64,000 nucleotides of DNA from Macrostomum lignano (lineage: Eukaryota), in the NCBI GenBank assembly GCA_002269645.1, contig NIVC01002842.1, forward strand, positions 1 through 64,000, read 5' to 3'. Below the pieces are notes generated by a model, which did not search any database, was not told where the DNA came from, and was given only the letters and a program-made list of their open reading frames with translations. Numbering within the stretch: position 1 is the stretch's first letter; the number at the start of each line of letters is the position of its first letter. This document shows, in pieces, positions 1-10,700 of the stretch. Position numbers and translations under genes: made by a program.

Positions 1-1406
1 GGAGAATCGCAATGAGTCAGGAATGGTCAGGAAAATCGCAGCAGAGTCAGGAATGGTCAGTGAGAATCGCAATGAGTCAGGAATGGTCAGGGAGAATCGC
101 AATGAGTCAGAATGGTCAGGAGAATCGCAATGAGTCAGGAATGGTCAGGGAGAATCGCCATGAGTCAGAATGGTCAGTGAGAATCGCCATGAGTCAGGAA
201 TGGTCAGGGAGAATCGCAATGAGTCAGGAATGGTCAGTGAGAATCGCAATGAGTCAGGAATAGTCAGGGAGAATCGCCATGAGTCAGGAATGGTCAGGGA
301 GAATCGCCATGAGTCAGGAACGGTTAGGGAGAATCGCAATGAGTCAGGAATGGTCAGGGAGAATCGCAATGAGTCAGGAATGGTCAGTGAGAATCGCAAT
401 GAGTCAGGAATGGTCAGGGAGAATCGCCATGAGTCAGGAATGGTCAGTGAGAATCGCCATGAGTCAGGAATGGTCAGGGAGAATCGCCATGAGTCAGGAA
501 TGGTCAGTGAGAATCGCAATGAGTCAGAAATGGTCAGGAGAATCGCAATGAGTCAGGAATGGTCAGGGAGAATCGCCATGAGTCAGGAATGTCAGGGAGA
601 ATCGCAATGAGTCAGGAATAGTCAGGAGAATCGCCATGAGTCAGGAATGGTCAGGGAGAATCGCCATGAGTCAGGAATGGTCAGGGAGAATCGCAATGAG
701 TCAGGAATAGTCAGGGAGAATCGCCATGAGTCAGGAATGGTCAGGGAGAATCGCCATGAGTCAGGAACGGTTAGGGAGAATCGCAATGAGTCAGGAATGG
801 TCTGGGAGAATCGCCATGAGTCAGGAATGGTCTGGGAGAATCGCCATGAGTCAGAATGGTCTGGGAGAATCGCATGAGTCAGGAATGGTCAGTGAGAATC
901 GCAATGAGTCAGGAATGGTCAGGAGAATCGCCATGAGTCAGGAATGGTCTGGGAGAATCGCCATGAGTCAGGAATGGTCAGGGAGAATCCATGAGTCAGG
1001 AATGGTCAGTGAGAATCGCAATGAGTCAGAAATGGTCAGTGAGAATCGCCATGAGTCAGGAATGGTCAGGGAGAATCGCCATGAGTCAGGAATGGTCAGT
1101 GAGAATCGCAATGAGTCAGAAATGGTTAGGGAGAATCGCCATGAATCAGGAATGGTCAGGGAGAATCGCAATGAGTCAGGAATGGTCAGTGAGAATCGCC
1201 ATGAGTCAGGAATGGTCAGGGAGAATCGCAATGAGTCAGGAATGGTCAGGGAGAATCGCAATGAGTCAGGAATGGTCTGGGAGAATCGCCATGAGTCAGG
1301 AATGGTCAGTGAGAATCGCCATGAATCAGGAATGGTCAGGGAGAATCGCAATGAGTCAGGAATAGTCAGGGAGAATCGCCATGAGTCAGGAACGGTCAGG
1401 GAGAAG
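1..1406 (+). repeat. 30-bp minisatellite (GAGAATCGCCATGAGTCAGGAATGGTCAGG)n, probably intronic in TUBE1
   Basis: About 47 tandem near-identical units; a 10-aa period in the shadow ORFs (SQEWSGRIAM) confirms the 30-bp unit. The array runs off the window start. Confidence 0.95.
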
Positions 1407-1483
1407 TTTCGCAGGTGCGAGTGAATTATCATGGTTAGTTGCGATCAGGATGAGGATTCCGAGCCACAATTCCTTGTCCGCAG

Positions 1484-1802
1484 GCTCTGAAAGCTCGCGC
1501 AGTGCTGTGGACATGGAGGAGGGCGTGGTCGGCGAACTGTTGAAAGGCCGACTACGCGGTGTGTTCGATCATTCCGCGCTGATCACGGACGTGTCGGGGT
1601 CCGGCAACAACTGGGCTGTCGGGCACTGCGAATACGGCCTCAGGCACCGGGAGGCCCTGTCTGAGTCCATTCGGAGATGCGCCGAGCAGTGCGACTGCCT
1701 GCAGTGCTTCTTCCTGCTGCACTCCATGGGCGGCGGCACCGGCTCCGGCCTGGGCACGGCCATCCTCCAGCTGCTGCGGGACCAGTATCCCGAAGTGTAC
1801 AG
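1484..1802 (+). CDS. TUBE1: TUBE1 exon (GTP-binding region, GGGTGSG signature)
   Basis: ALKARAVL / VDMEEGVVGELLKG...HSMGGGTGSGLGTAILQLLRDQYPEVYR; CAG acceptor at 1481-1483 and GT donor at 1803. Confidence 0.9.
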
Positions 1803-4800
1803 GTGGGGGTGCAGTGAGCTAGGCATTGATCTGGGCCTGGTGCACAAAAACAACACCTCAAACGCAACCCCTGTACAACCTCTCCGCTAACTCAGGTTCG
1901 TCACCGCTGTCTACCCGTCTGAAGATGATGACGTCATCACTAGTCCATACAACAGCGTGCTGGCAATGCGCTGCCTGACAGACTACGCCGATTGCGTTAT
2001 GCCCATAGACAATGCCTGTCTGGCTGGCATCGCGCAGCGGGTGCAGGACTCGGGCCGCACCGCTGCCGGGTCTTCTGCTGCTGCCGGGGCTGCGGCGGTC
2101 AGTGCTGCATCGGGGCATTTGAGCTGATTTGAGTGATGGATGGGGAAGAATGAAGGCTGATCTTCATGGCTAAGGACTGGGAGGAGCCATGAAGATAACT
2201 GAGATGGTATCGGGAGAGAGCGGATAACTGAGGATTGGGAGCTGGGAGAGAGCGGATAACTGAGATGGTATTCGGAGGGAGCGGATAACTGAGATGGTAT
2301 CGGGAGGAGCGGATAACTGAGATGGTATTGGGGGAGAGCGGATAACTGAGATTGTATTGGGAGAGAGCGGATAACTGAGTTGGTATGGGAGAGAGCGGAT
2401 AACTGAGGATTGGGAGCTGAGAGAGAGCGGATAACTGAGATTGTATTGGGAGGCAGCGGATAACTGAGTTGGTATGGGAGAGAGCGGATAACTGAGATGG
2501 TATGGGAGAGAGCGGATAACTGAGATGGTATGGGAGAGAGCGGATAACTGAGATTGTATTGGGAGAGAGCGGATAACTGAGATTGTATTGGGAGAGAGTG
2601 GATAACTGAGGATTGGGAGCTGGGAGAGAGCGGATAACTGAGGATTGGGAGCTGGGAGAGAGCGGATAACTGAGGATTGGGAGCTGAGGGAGAGCGGATA
2701 ACTGAGGATTGGGAGCTGGAGAGAGCGGATAACTGAGGATTGGGAGCTGGGAGAGAGCGGATAACTGAGGATTGGGAGCTGGGAGAGAGCGGATAACTGA
2801 GGATTGGGAGCTGGGAGAGAGCGGATAACTGAGGATTGGGAGCTGGGAGAGAGCGGATAACTGAGGATTGGGAGCTGGGAGAGAGCGGATAACTGAGGAT
2901 TGGGAGCTGGGAGAGAGCGGATAACTGAGGATTGGGAGCTGGGAGAGAGCGGATAACTGAGGATTGGGAGCTGGGAGAGAGCGGATAACTGAGGATTGGG
3001 AGCTGGGAGAGAGCGGATAACTGAGGATTGGGAGCTGGAGAGAGCGGATAACTGAGGATTGGGAGCTGGGAGAGAGCGGATAACTGAGGATTGGGAGCTG
3101 GGAGAGAGCGGATAACTGAGGATTGGGAGCTGGGAGAGAGCGGAAGGATGCGTCAAGAAGCACACTAGAAAGCGCTCACTTCAACCCCAACTCCAACCCT
3201 AAGCAGAAGGACGCCAAGCCATTCGACGCGATGAACAGCATAGTGGCCAACCTGCTGCTGAACCTCACGGCTTCCGCCCGCTTCTCCGGCACGCTGAACG
3301 TGGATCTGAACGAGATCAGCATGAACCTGGTGCCGTTCCCCCGCCTGCACTACCTGCTGGCCGCGCAGAGTCCGCTGTCCCCGGCCCTGCCGCCCAGGCG
3401 GCCGGATCAGGCATTCAACGAGTCGTTCGGCAAGGAGGCTCAGTTGTTCTCGGCCGAGCCGCGATCGCATCTCTACCTGGCCTGCGCCCTCCTGCTGCGG
3501 GGTCGAATCGATCTAAGCGACGTCCGGCGCTGCGTCGATCGGCTGGGAAATCGGCTGGCATTCGCGGACTGGAATCCGGACTGCTGGAAGATCGGGCACT
3601 GCGCCGTGCCCCCGGCTGGGCAGCAGTTCGCGCTGCTCAGTCTGGCCAACAACACTGCCATTGGGGCCAGCCTGCACCTGCTCGGGGACAGGTTCAGCCG
3701 GCTCTATAAGCGGAGGGCGCATCTGCATCACTATACCCAGGCAGGTTTGCAGCTAATCTGTTTGAGTCCGCTAGGAATCTGTTTGAGTCAGCTGGGAATC
3801 TGTTTGAGTCAGCTGGGAATCTGTTTGAGTCAGCTGGGAATCTGCTTGAGTCAGCTAGGAATCTGTTTGAGTCCGCTAGGAATCTGTTTGAGTCCGCTAG
3901 GAATCTGTTTGAGTCCGCTATTAATCTGTTTGAGTCCGCTAGGAATCTGTTTGAGTCAGCTGGGGATCTGCTTGAGTTAGTTGGGAATCTGTTTGAGTCA
4001 GCTGGGAATCTGTTTGAGTCAGCTGGGAATCTGTTTGAGTCAGCTGGGAATCTGTTTGAGTCAGCTGGGAATCTGTTTGAGTCAGCTGGGAATCTGTTTG
4101 AGTCAGCTGGGAATCTGTTTGAGTCAGCTGGGAATCTGCTTGAGTCAGCTAGGAATCTGTTTGAGTCCGCTAGGAATCTGTTTGAGTCCGCTAGGAATCT
4201 GTTTGAGTCCGCTATTAATCTGTTTGAGTCCGCTAGGAATCTGTTTGAGTCAGCTGGGGATCTGCTTGAGTTAGTTGGGAATCTGTTTGAGTCAGCTGGG
4301 AATCTGTTTGAGTCAGCTGGGAATCTGTTTGAGTCAGCTGGGGATCTGCTTGAGTTAGTTGGGAATCTGTTTGAGTCAGCTGGGAATCTGTTTGAGTCAG
4401 CTGGGAATCTGTTTGAGTCAGCTGGGAATCTGCTTGAGTCAGCTAGGAATCTGCTTGAGTCAGTTGGGAATCTGTTTGAGTCAGCTGGGAATCTGTTTGA
4501 GTCAGCTGGGAATCTGTTTGAGTCAGCTGGGAATCTGTTTGAGTCAGTTGGGAATCTGTTTGAGTCAGCTGGGAATCTGTTTGAGTCAGCTGGGAATCTG
4601 TTTGAGTCCGCTAGGAATCTGTTTGAGTCAGCTGGGAATCTGTTTGAGTCAGCTGGGAATCTGCTTGAGTCAGCTGGGAATCTGCTTGAGTCAGCTGGGA
4701 ATCTGCTTGAGTCAGCTGGGAATCTGTTTGAGTCAGCTGGGAATCTGCTTGAGTTAGTTGGGAATCTGTTTGAGTCAGCTGGTAATCTGTTTGAGTCAGC

Positions 4801-5277
4801 TGGGAATCTGCTTGAGTCAGCTGGGAATCTGCTTGAGTCAGCTGGGAATCTGCTTGAGTCCGCTGGGAATCTGCTTGAGCCAGCCAGTTTGGTTCTGCAT
4901 CATTTGAGCTTTATGGATCCTTCTTAGCCACCTGAGACGATTCTGAGTCATTTCAGTAGTCTGGGATCGTTCCGGGTTACGAGTATTTCAGTAATTGAGG
5001 ATCATACAGAACTGGGTCATGTGAAATAATTATTGAGTCATGAGTAGTCAATCGGAAATATTGGTAACAATTTCGGCCTTACATAATTCTAAAATATATC
5101 TTTTCTCCGTTATTCGCTTCCTCGCCCGCGCAGGTTGACGGCTTTGAGGCCGCCACCTTCGATTCCGCATTCGCTTCGCTCAACGATCTGCGCGAGGACT
5201 ACGCAGCTCTAGAGAGGCGCCACGCGGCCGGGGCCTCGGCTGAGCCGCCTTTGCCTCGGCTGAAGATCGCCTCCTGA
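1484..5277 (+). CDS. TUBE1: Epsilon-tubulin, 3' part; exons 1484-1802, 1896-2097, 3207-3740, 5134-5277 (5' exons lie outside the window)
   Basis: The spliced translation has epsilon-tubulin-type motifs: LKARAVL-DMEEGVV, DVSGSGNNWAVGH, CDCLQCFFLLHSMGGGTGSGLGT, DDVITSPYNSVLAM, KPFDAMNSIVANLLLNLT, DLNEISMNLVPFPRLHYL, RAHLHHYTQ-VDG and the C-terminal PRLKIAS*. Splice sites are AG|GT at 1802/1803, CAG at 1895, GTCAGT at 2098, CAG at 3206, GC donor at 3741 and CAG at 5133, with consistent exon phases. One 1-nt deletion lies near 1508. Confidence 0.93.
1896..2097 (+). CDS. TUBE1: TUBE1 exon
   Basis: FVTAVYPSEDDDVITSPYNSVLAMRCLTDYADCVMPIDN...; CTAACTCAG acceptor and GTCAGT donor. Confidence 0.9.
2194..3143 (+). 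repeat. ~32-bp intronic minisatellite (GAGAGAGCGGATAACTGAGGATTGGGAGCTGG)n, with 30-31-bp variants at the 5' end
   Basis: About 30 tandem units between TUBE1 exons; the 32-aa period in the shadow ORFs equals 3 x 32 bp. Confidence 0.93.
3207..3740 (+). CDS. TUBE1: TUBE1 exon
   Basis: KDAKPFDAMNSIVANLLLNLTASARFSGTLNVDLNEISMNLVPFPRLHYLL...YKRRAHLHHYTQ. Confidence 0.92.
3755..4885 (+). repeat. 21-bp intronic minisatellite (GGGAATCTGTTTGAGTCAGCT)n
   Basis: About 53 units, giving a 7-aa shadow period (GICLSQL). It contains a higher-order duplicated block: the variant series with CCGCTATTAATC occurs twice. Confidence 0.95.
5134..5277 (+). CDS. TUBE1: TUBE1 terminal exon
   Basis: VDGFEAATFDSAFASLNDLREDYAALE...PRLKIAS-TGA, preceded by a polypyrimidine tract and CAG. 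Confidence 0.88.
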   Translation, partial: VDGFEAATFDSAFASLNDLREDYAALERRHAAGASAEPPLPRLKIAS

Positions 5278-5389
5278 GTCACAGGAGTCGCCTGAGTCAC
5301 CCGAGACTCGAGGAGTCACCTGAACCTATTGAGCCTTCTAAACTTTGAAAAATCTAGCTTTCTGAAATATGAACACGCTTGAATTTGAA

Positions 5390-6330
5390 CCATATGAACC
5401 CACTGATTCCTGAGCCCACTGATCCCTGAACCCACTGATCCCTGAACCCACTGATCCCTGAGCCCACTGATCCCTGAGCCCACTGATCCTTGAACCCACT
5501 GATTCCTGAGCCCACTGATTCCTGAGCCCACTGATCCCTGAACCCACTGATCCCTGAACCCACTGATCCCTGAACCCACTGATCCCTGAGCCCACTGATC
5601 CCTGAGCCCACTGATCCTTGAGCCCACTGATCCCTGAGCCCACTGATCCCTTAACCCACTGATCCCTGAACTCACTGATCCCTGAGCCCACTGATCCCTG
5701 AACCCGCTGAACCCTGAACCCACTGATCCCTTAACCCACTGATCCCTGAACTCACTGATCCCTGAGCCCACTGATCCCTGAACCCGCTGAACCCTGAACC
5801 CACTGATCCCTTAACCCACTGATCCCTGAACTCACTGATCCCTGAACTCACTGATCCCTGAACTCACTGATCCCTGAACCTACTGATCCCTTAACCCGCT
5901 GAACCCTGAACCCACTGAACCCATGAACCCACTGATCCCTGAACTCACTGATCCCTGAACTCACTGATCTCTTAACCCACTGATCCCTTAACCCACTGAT
6001 CCCTTAACACACTGATCCCTGAACTCACTGATCTCTTAACCCACTGATCCCTGAACCTACTGATCCCTTAACCCGCTGAACCCTGAACCCACTGAACCCA
6101 TGAACTCACTGATCCCTGAACTCACTGATCTCTTAACCCACTGATCCCTGAGCCCACTGATCCCTGAACCCACTGATCCCTGAACCCACTGATCCCTGAA
6201 CTCACTGATCTCTTAACCCACTGATCCCTGAACCCACTGGACCCATGAACCACTGATCCCTGAACTCACTGATCCCTGAACCCACTGATCCCTGAACCCG
6301 CTGAACCCTGAACCCACTGACCCATGAACC
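5390..6330 (+). repeat. 16-bp minisatellite (CACTGATCCCTGAACC)n downstream of TUBE1
   Basis: About 58 degenerate units; the 16-aa shadow period equals 3 x 16 bp. Confidence 0.92.
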
Positions 6331-7550
6331 ACCTCAATCTTGAGCCTCCTAAACAGAGCCTAAACCTGCTAAATCCATCTACCTAAAAATCTTGAACTCT
6401 GTTTTTGTTGACGAAAAATGTTTTAAATGCCTCGCATTTATATAAAAGCTTCTTTGTGTCGAACGTCACAATTAATTTCAAAATTTGACTCTGTTTTAGC
6501 GAAACCGTTATCTCCGCCTCAAAGATGCTTGTTCTCGGCCAACTAATAATTATTATTCCTATTTTACATACTTATCTCTAGTTTTTTTCCTGTTCATTTA
6601 GTGCGAACCAATTAAGAGAACAAACGTTTAGCATGTGTCTAAACTTTCGAAACACTTTCTTGTACTTTTCTAGCGTTTATTTATTTAGTATAACTACTTA
6701 CAGGCTTCTCATCGTTAGTAGTCTATTTGCGCATATCGAGCGAATACTCGTAGCTGGCAGCATAGGACAATTCGGCATTCTGCGGCTAAAGAATGGGTCT
6801 TGAATGACGAAAAGATGCGTTTATAAAGTCACATAGCCTGACATATTGAATAATTGACAGGTGTACGTTGTGGCTTTGCCCTCTTCATTATATACAGCTC
6901 AGTGCCTGGTTTCCAATGCTCCAGCATAGCCTTCAGCGGCTGAATTTGTTCAATGAGACGGTCTCAACACACAGCCAGTCGCAGTCGAAGAGTTCCTCCG
7001 TCGGTCTGGCTAGAAACAAATATTTGCAATTCAACGACTTACTAATTTATTACCTGTGTCTGCGAGTATTTGTAGCATAATTTCCCAAACTTTAAAGCCG
7101 ATTGTTATATGTCGAGTCGGTTCTTTTTACGATATTTTCAAATACGACAGATGCCTCACTACACATTGAATAAATGAACGGACATCTGCAGTTTCTTCAG
7201 CCCATTAAATTTCTTGATACTTCCATATTAAGAAATAGATTGCATGAATGCTTTGTATACCCTATATACTCGTACTCCTATCTTTTTGACTTCTTGCCGA
7301 TGGTCGAGAAGTAGGAGACTGAGGAATTGGGATTTTGGCTTCGGCTTAAAATACAAATATTGGCGCTCTGTGTTAGCTCAATTCTCTGTAGTCAACCACG
7401 GCATGCTGTGTGGTCCCTACACAACACTTCCTAAGACTCAAGGCATAGGAATGTTTGAAAAACACGCAATCTCCTACATATATAGTAGTGTCTATGGTTA
7501 CATGTAGGCCGCAACCGCTAAAAGTCGCGCTTGATCTCTGAGCCATAATT

Positions 7551-7558
7551 TATAAAAG
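7551..7558 (+). promoter_or_regulatory. Possible TATA box upstream of the giant ORF
   Basis: TATAAAAG about 165 bp before ATG 7716, but in AT-rich DNA, so it could be chance. Confidence 0.2.
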
Positions 7559-7715
7559 CCTTTCCCAATCAACATTCATCGTTAATTTTTATGGCCAAAA
7601 ATTACGTTATTTAACTTCAACGCTACAAAATAACAAGTCTAAAACATGTTCCTTGAAGTAACCAAACTATACGGATTTTATAATACCGTTGCTTTGTATT
7701 AAAAAGCTAAAAGAT

Positions 7716-10700
7716 ATGGAAAGAAAATCTTCCGAAAAAGCTTCAAAGCAGCCGCCAGAGGAAGCAGCACCGACCAGCGCGGCTGTGACGGAGCTGATGA
7801 TCTCGAGGCTGAACAAGTTGAAGGCGTCTGGACTGTATGACGAGTCGGTGCTGACATCTGTCGGAATGGCACGGGCTCTGCTGTCGAGTGGTGCAACACC
7901 CGGATCGATGGAACGCCTCGACGGTGCGTTGGATTCTTACAAGAAGCAAGCGTCAGATAGAGACGCTCTTCTGGCCGCGGCTGTCGTTGACAAGGAAGAT
8001 GGCGTACAACCGGACGAGACTCCAAAGTCAGAAGCTCCTGCAGCTGAGGTCGAGAAGCCACAGGTTTCCACGGACGAGGTTGGAAAGCGTGTCGAGTCAA
8101 AGCAGCCGCCAGAGGAAGCAGCACCGACCAGCGCGGCTGTGACGGAGCTGATGATCTCGAGGCTGAACAAGTTGAAGGCGTCTGGACTGTATGACGAGTC
8201 GGTGCTGACATCTGTCGGAATGGCACGGGCTCTGCTGTCGAGTGGTGCAACACCCGGATCGATGGAACGCCTCGACGGTGCGTTGGATTCTTACAAGAAG
8301 CAAGCGTCAGATAGAGACGCTCTTCTGGCCGCGGCTGTCGTTGACAAGGAAGATGGCGTACAACCGGACGAGACTCCAAAGTCAGAAGCTCCTGCAGCTG
8401 AGGTCGAGAAGCCACAGGTTTCCACGGACGAGGTTGGAAAGCGTGTCGAGTCAAAGCAGCCGCCAGAGGAAGCAGCACCGACCAGCGCGGCTGTGACGGA
8501 GCTGATGATCTCGAGGCTGAACAAGTTGAAGGCGTCTGGACTGTATGACGAGTCGGTGCTGACATCTGTCGGAATGGCACGGGCTCTGCTGTCGAGTGGT
8601 GCAACACCCGGATCGATGGAACGCCTCGACGGTGCGTTGGATTCTTACAAGAAGCAAGCGTCAGATAGAGACGCTCTTCTGGCCGCGGCTGTCGTTGACA
8701 AGGAAGATGGCGTACAACCGGACGAGACTCCAAAGTCAGAAGCTCCTGCAGCTGAGGTCGAGAAGCCACAGGTTTCCACGGACGAGGTTGGAAAGCGTGT
8801 CGAGTCAAAGCAGCCGCCAGAGGAAGCAGCACCGACCAGCGCGGCTGTGACGGAGCTGATGATCTCGAGGCTGAACAAGTTGAAGGCGTCTGGACTGTAT
8901 GACGAGTCGGTGCTGACATCTGTCGGAATGGCACGGGCTCTGCTGTCGAGTGGTGCAACACCCGGATCGATGGAACGCCTCGACGGTGCGTTGGATTCTT
9001 ACAAGAAGCAAGCGTCAGATAGAGACGCTCTTCTGGCCGCGGCTGTCGTTGACAAGGAAGATGGCGTACAACCGGACGAGACTCCAAAGTCAGAAGCTCC
9101 TGCAGCTGAGGTCGAGAAGCCACAGGTTTCCACGGACGAGGTTGGAAAGCGTGTCGAGTCAAAGCAGCCGCCAGAGGAAGCAGCACCGACCAGCGCGGCT
9201 GTGACGGAGCTGATGATCTCGAGGCTGAACAAGTTGAAGGCGTCTGGACTGTATGACGAGTCGGTGCTGACATCTGTCGGAATGGCACGGGCTCTGCTGT
9301 CGAGTGGTGCAACACCCGGATCGATGGAACGCCTCGACGGTGCGTTGGATTCTTACAAGAAGCAAGCGTCAGATAGAGACGCTCTTCTGGCCGCGGCTGT
9401 CGTTGACAAGGAAGATGGCGTACAACCGGACGAGACTCCAAAGTCAGAAGCTCCTGCAGCTGAGGTCGAGAAGCCACAGGTTTCCACGGACGAGGTTGGA
9501 AAGCGTGTCGAGTCAAAGCAGCCGCCAGAGGAAGCAGCACCGACCAGCGCGGCTGTGACGGAGCTGATGATCTCGAGGCTGAACAAGTTGAAGGCGTCTG
9601 GACTGTATGACGAGTCGGTGCTGACATCTGTCGGAATGGCACGGGCTCTGCTGTCGAGTGGTGCAACACCCGGATCGATGGAACGCCTCGACGGTGCGTT
9701 GGATTCTTACAAGAAGCAAGCGTCAGATAGAGACGCTCTTCTGGCCGCGGCTGTCGTTGACAAGGAAGATGGCGTACAACCGGACGAGACTCCAAAGTCA
9801 GAAGCTCCTGCAGCTGAGGTCGAGAAGCCACAGGTTTCCACGGACGAGGTTGGAAAGCGTGTCGAGTCAAAGCAGCCGCCAGAGGAAGCAGCACCGACCA
9901 GCGCGGCTGTGACGGAGCTGATGATCTCGAGGCTGAACAAGTTGAAGGCGTCTGGACTGTATGACGAGTCGGTGCTGACATCTGTCGGAATGGCACGGGC
10001 TCTGCTGTCGAGTGGTGCAACACCCGGATCGATGGAACGCCTCGACGGTGCGTTGGATTCTTACAAGAAGCAAGCGTCAGATAGAGACGCTCTTCTGGCC
10101 GCGGCTGTCGTTGACAAGGAAGATGGCGTACAACCGGACGAGACTCCAAAGTCAGAAGCTCCTGCAGCTGAGGTCGAGAAGCCACAGGTTTCCACGGACG
10201 AGGTTGGAAAGCGTGTCGAGTCAAAGCAGCCGCCAGAGGAAGCAGCACCGACCAGCGCGGCTGTGACGGAGCTGATGATCTCGAGGCTGAACAAGTTGAA
10301 GGCGTCTGGACTGTATGACGAGTCGGTGCTGACATCTGTCGGAATGGCACGGGCTCTGCTGTCGAGTGGTGCAACACCCGGATCGATGGAACGCCTCGAC
10401 GGTGCGTTGGATTCTTACAAGAAGCAAGCGTCAGATAGAGACGCTCTTCTGGCCGCGGCTGTCGTTGACAAGGAAGATGGCGTACAACCGGACGAGACTC
10501 CAAAGTCAGAAGCTCCTGCAGCTGAGGTCGAGAAGCCACAGGTTTCCACGGACGAGGTTGGAAAGCGTGTCGAGTCAAAGCAGCCGCCAGAGGAAGCAGC
10601 ACCGACCAGCGCGGCTGTGACGGAGCTGATGATCTCGAGGCTGAACAAGTTGAAGGCGTCTGGACTGTATGACGAGTCGGTGCTGACATCTGTCGGAATG

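Noticed and set aside
1415-1433. Possible 19-nt TUBE1 micro-exon between CAG and GTTAGT
   Set aside because: The frame needed to join ALKARAV in phase contains TGA, so it could not be placed confidently.
1-6330. CRISPR-like arrays
   Set aside because: The units are head-to-tail with no unique spacers, there are no cas genes, and the context is eukaryotic and intronic.
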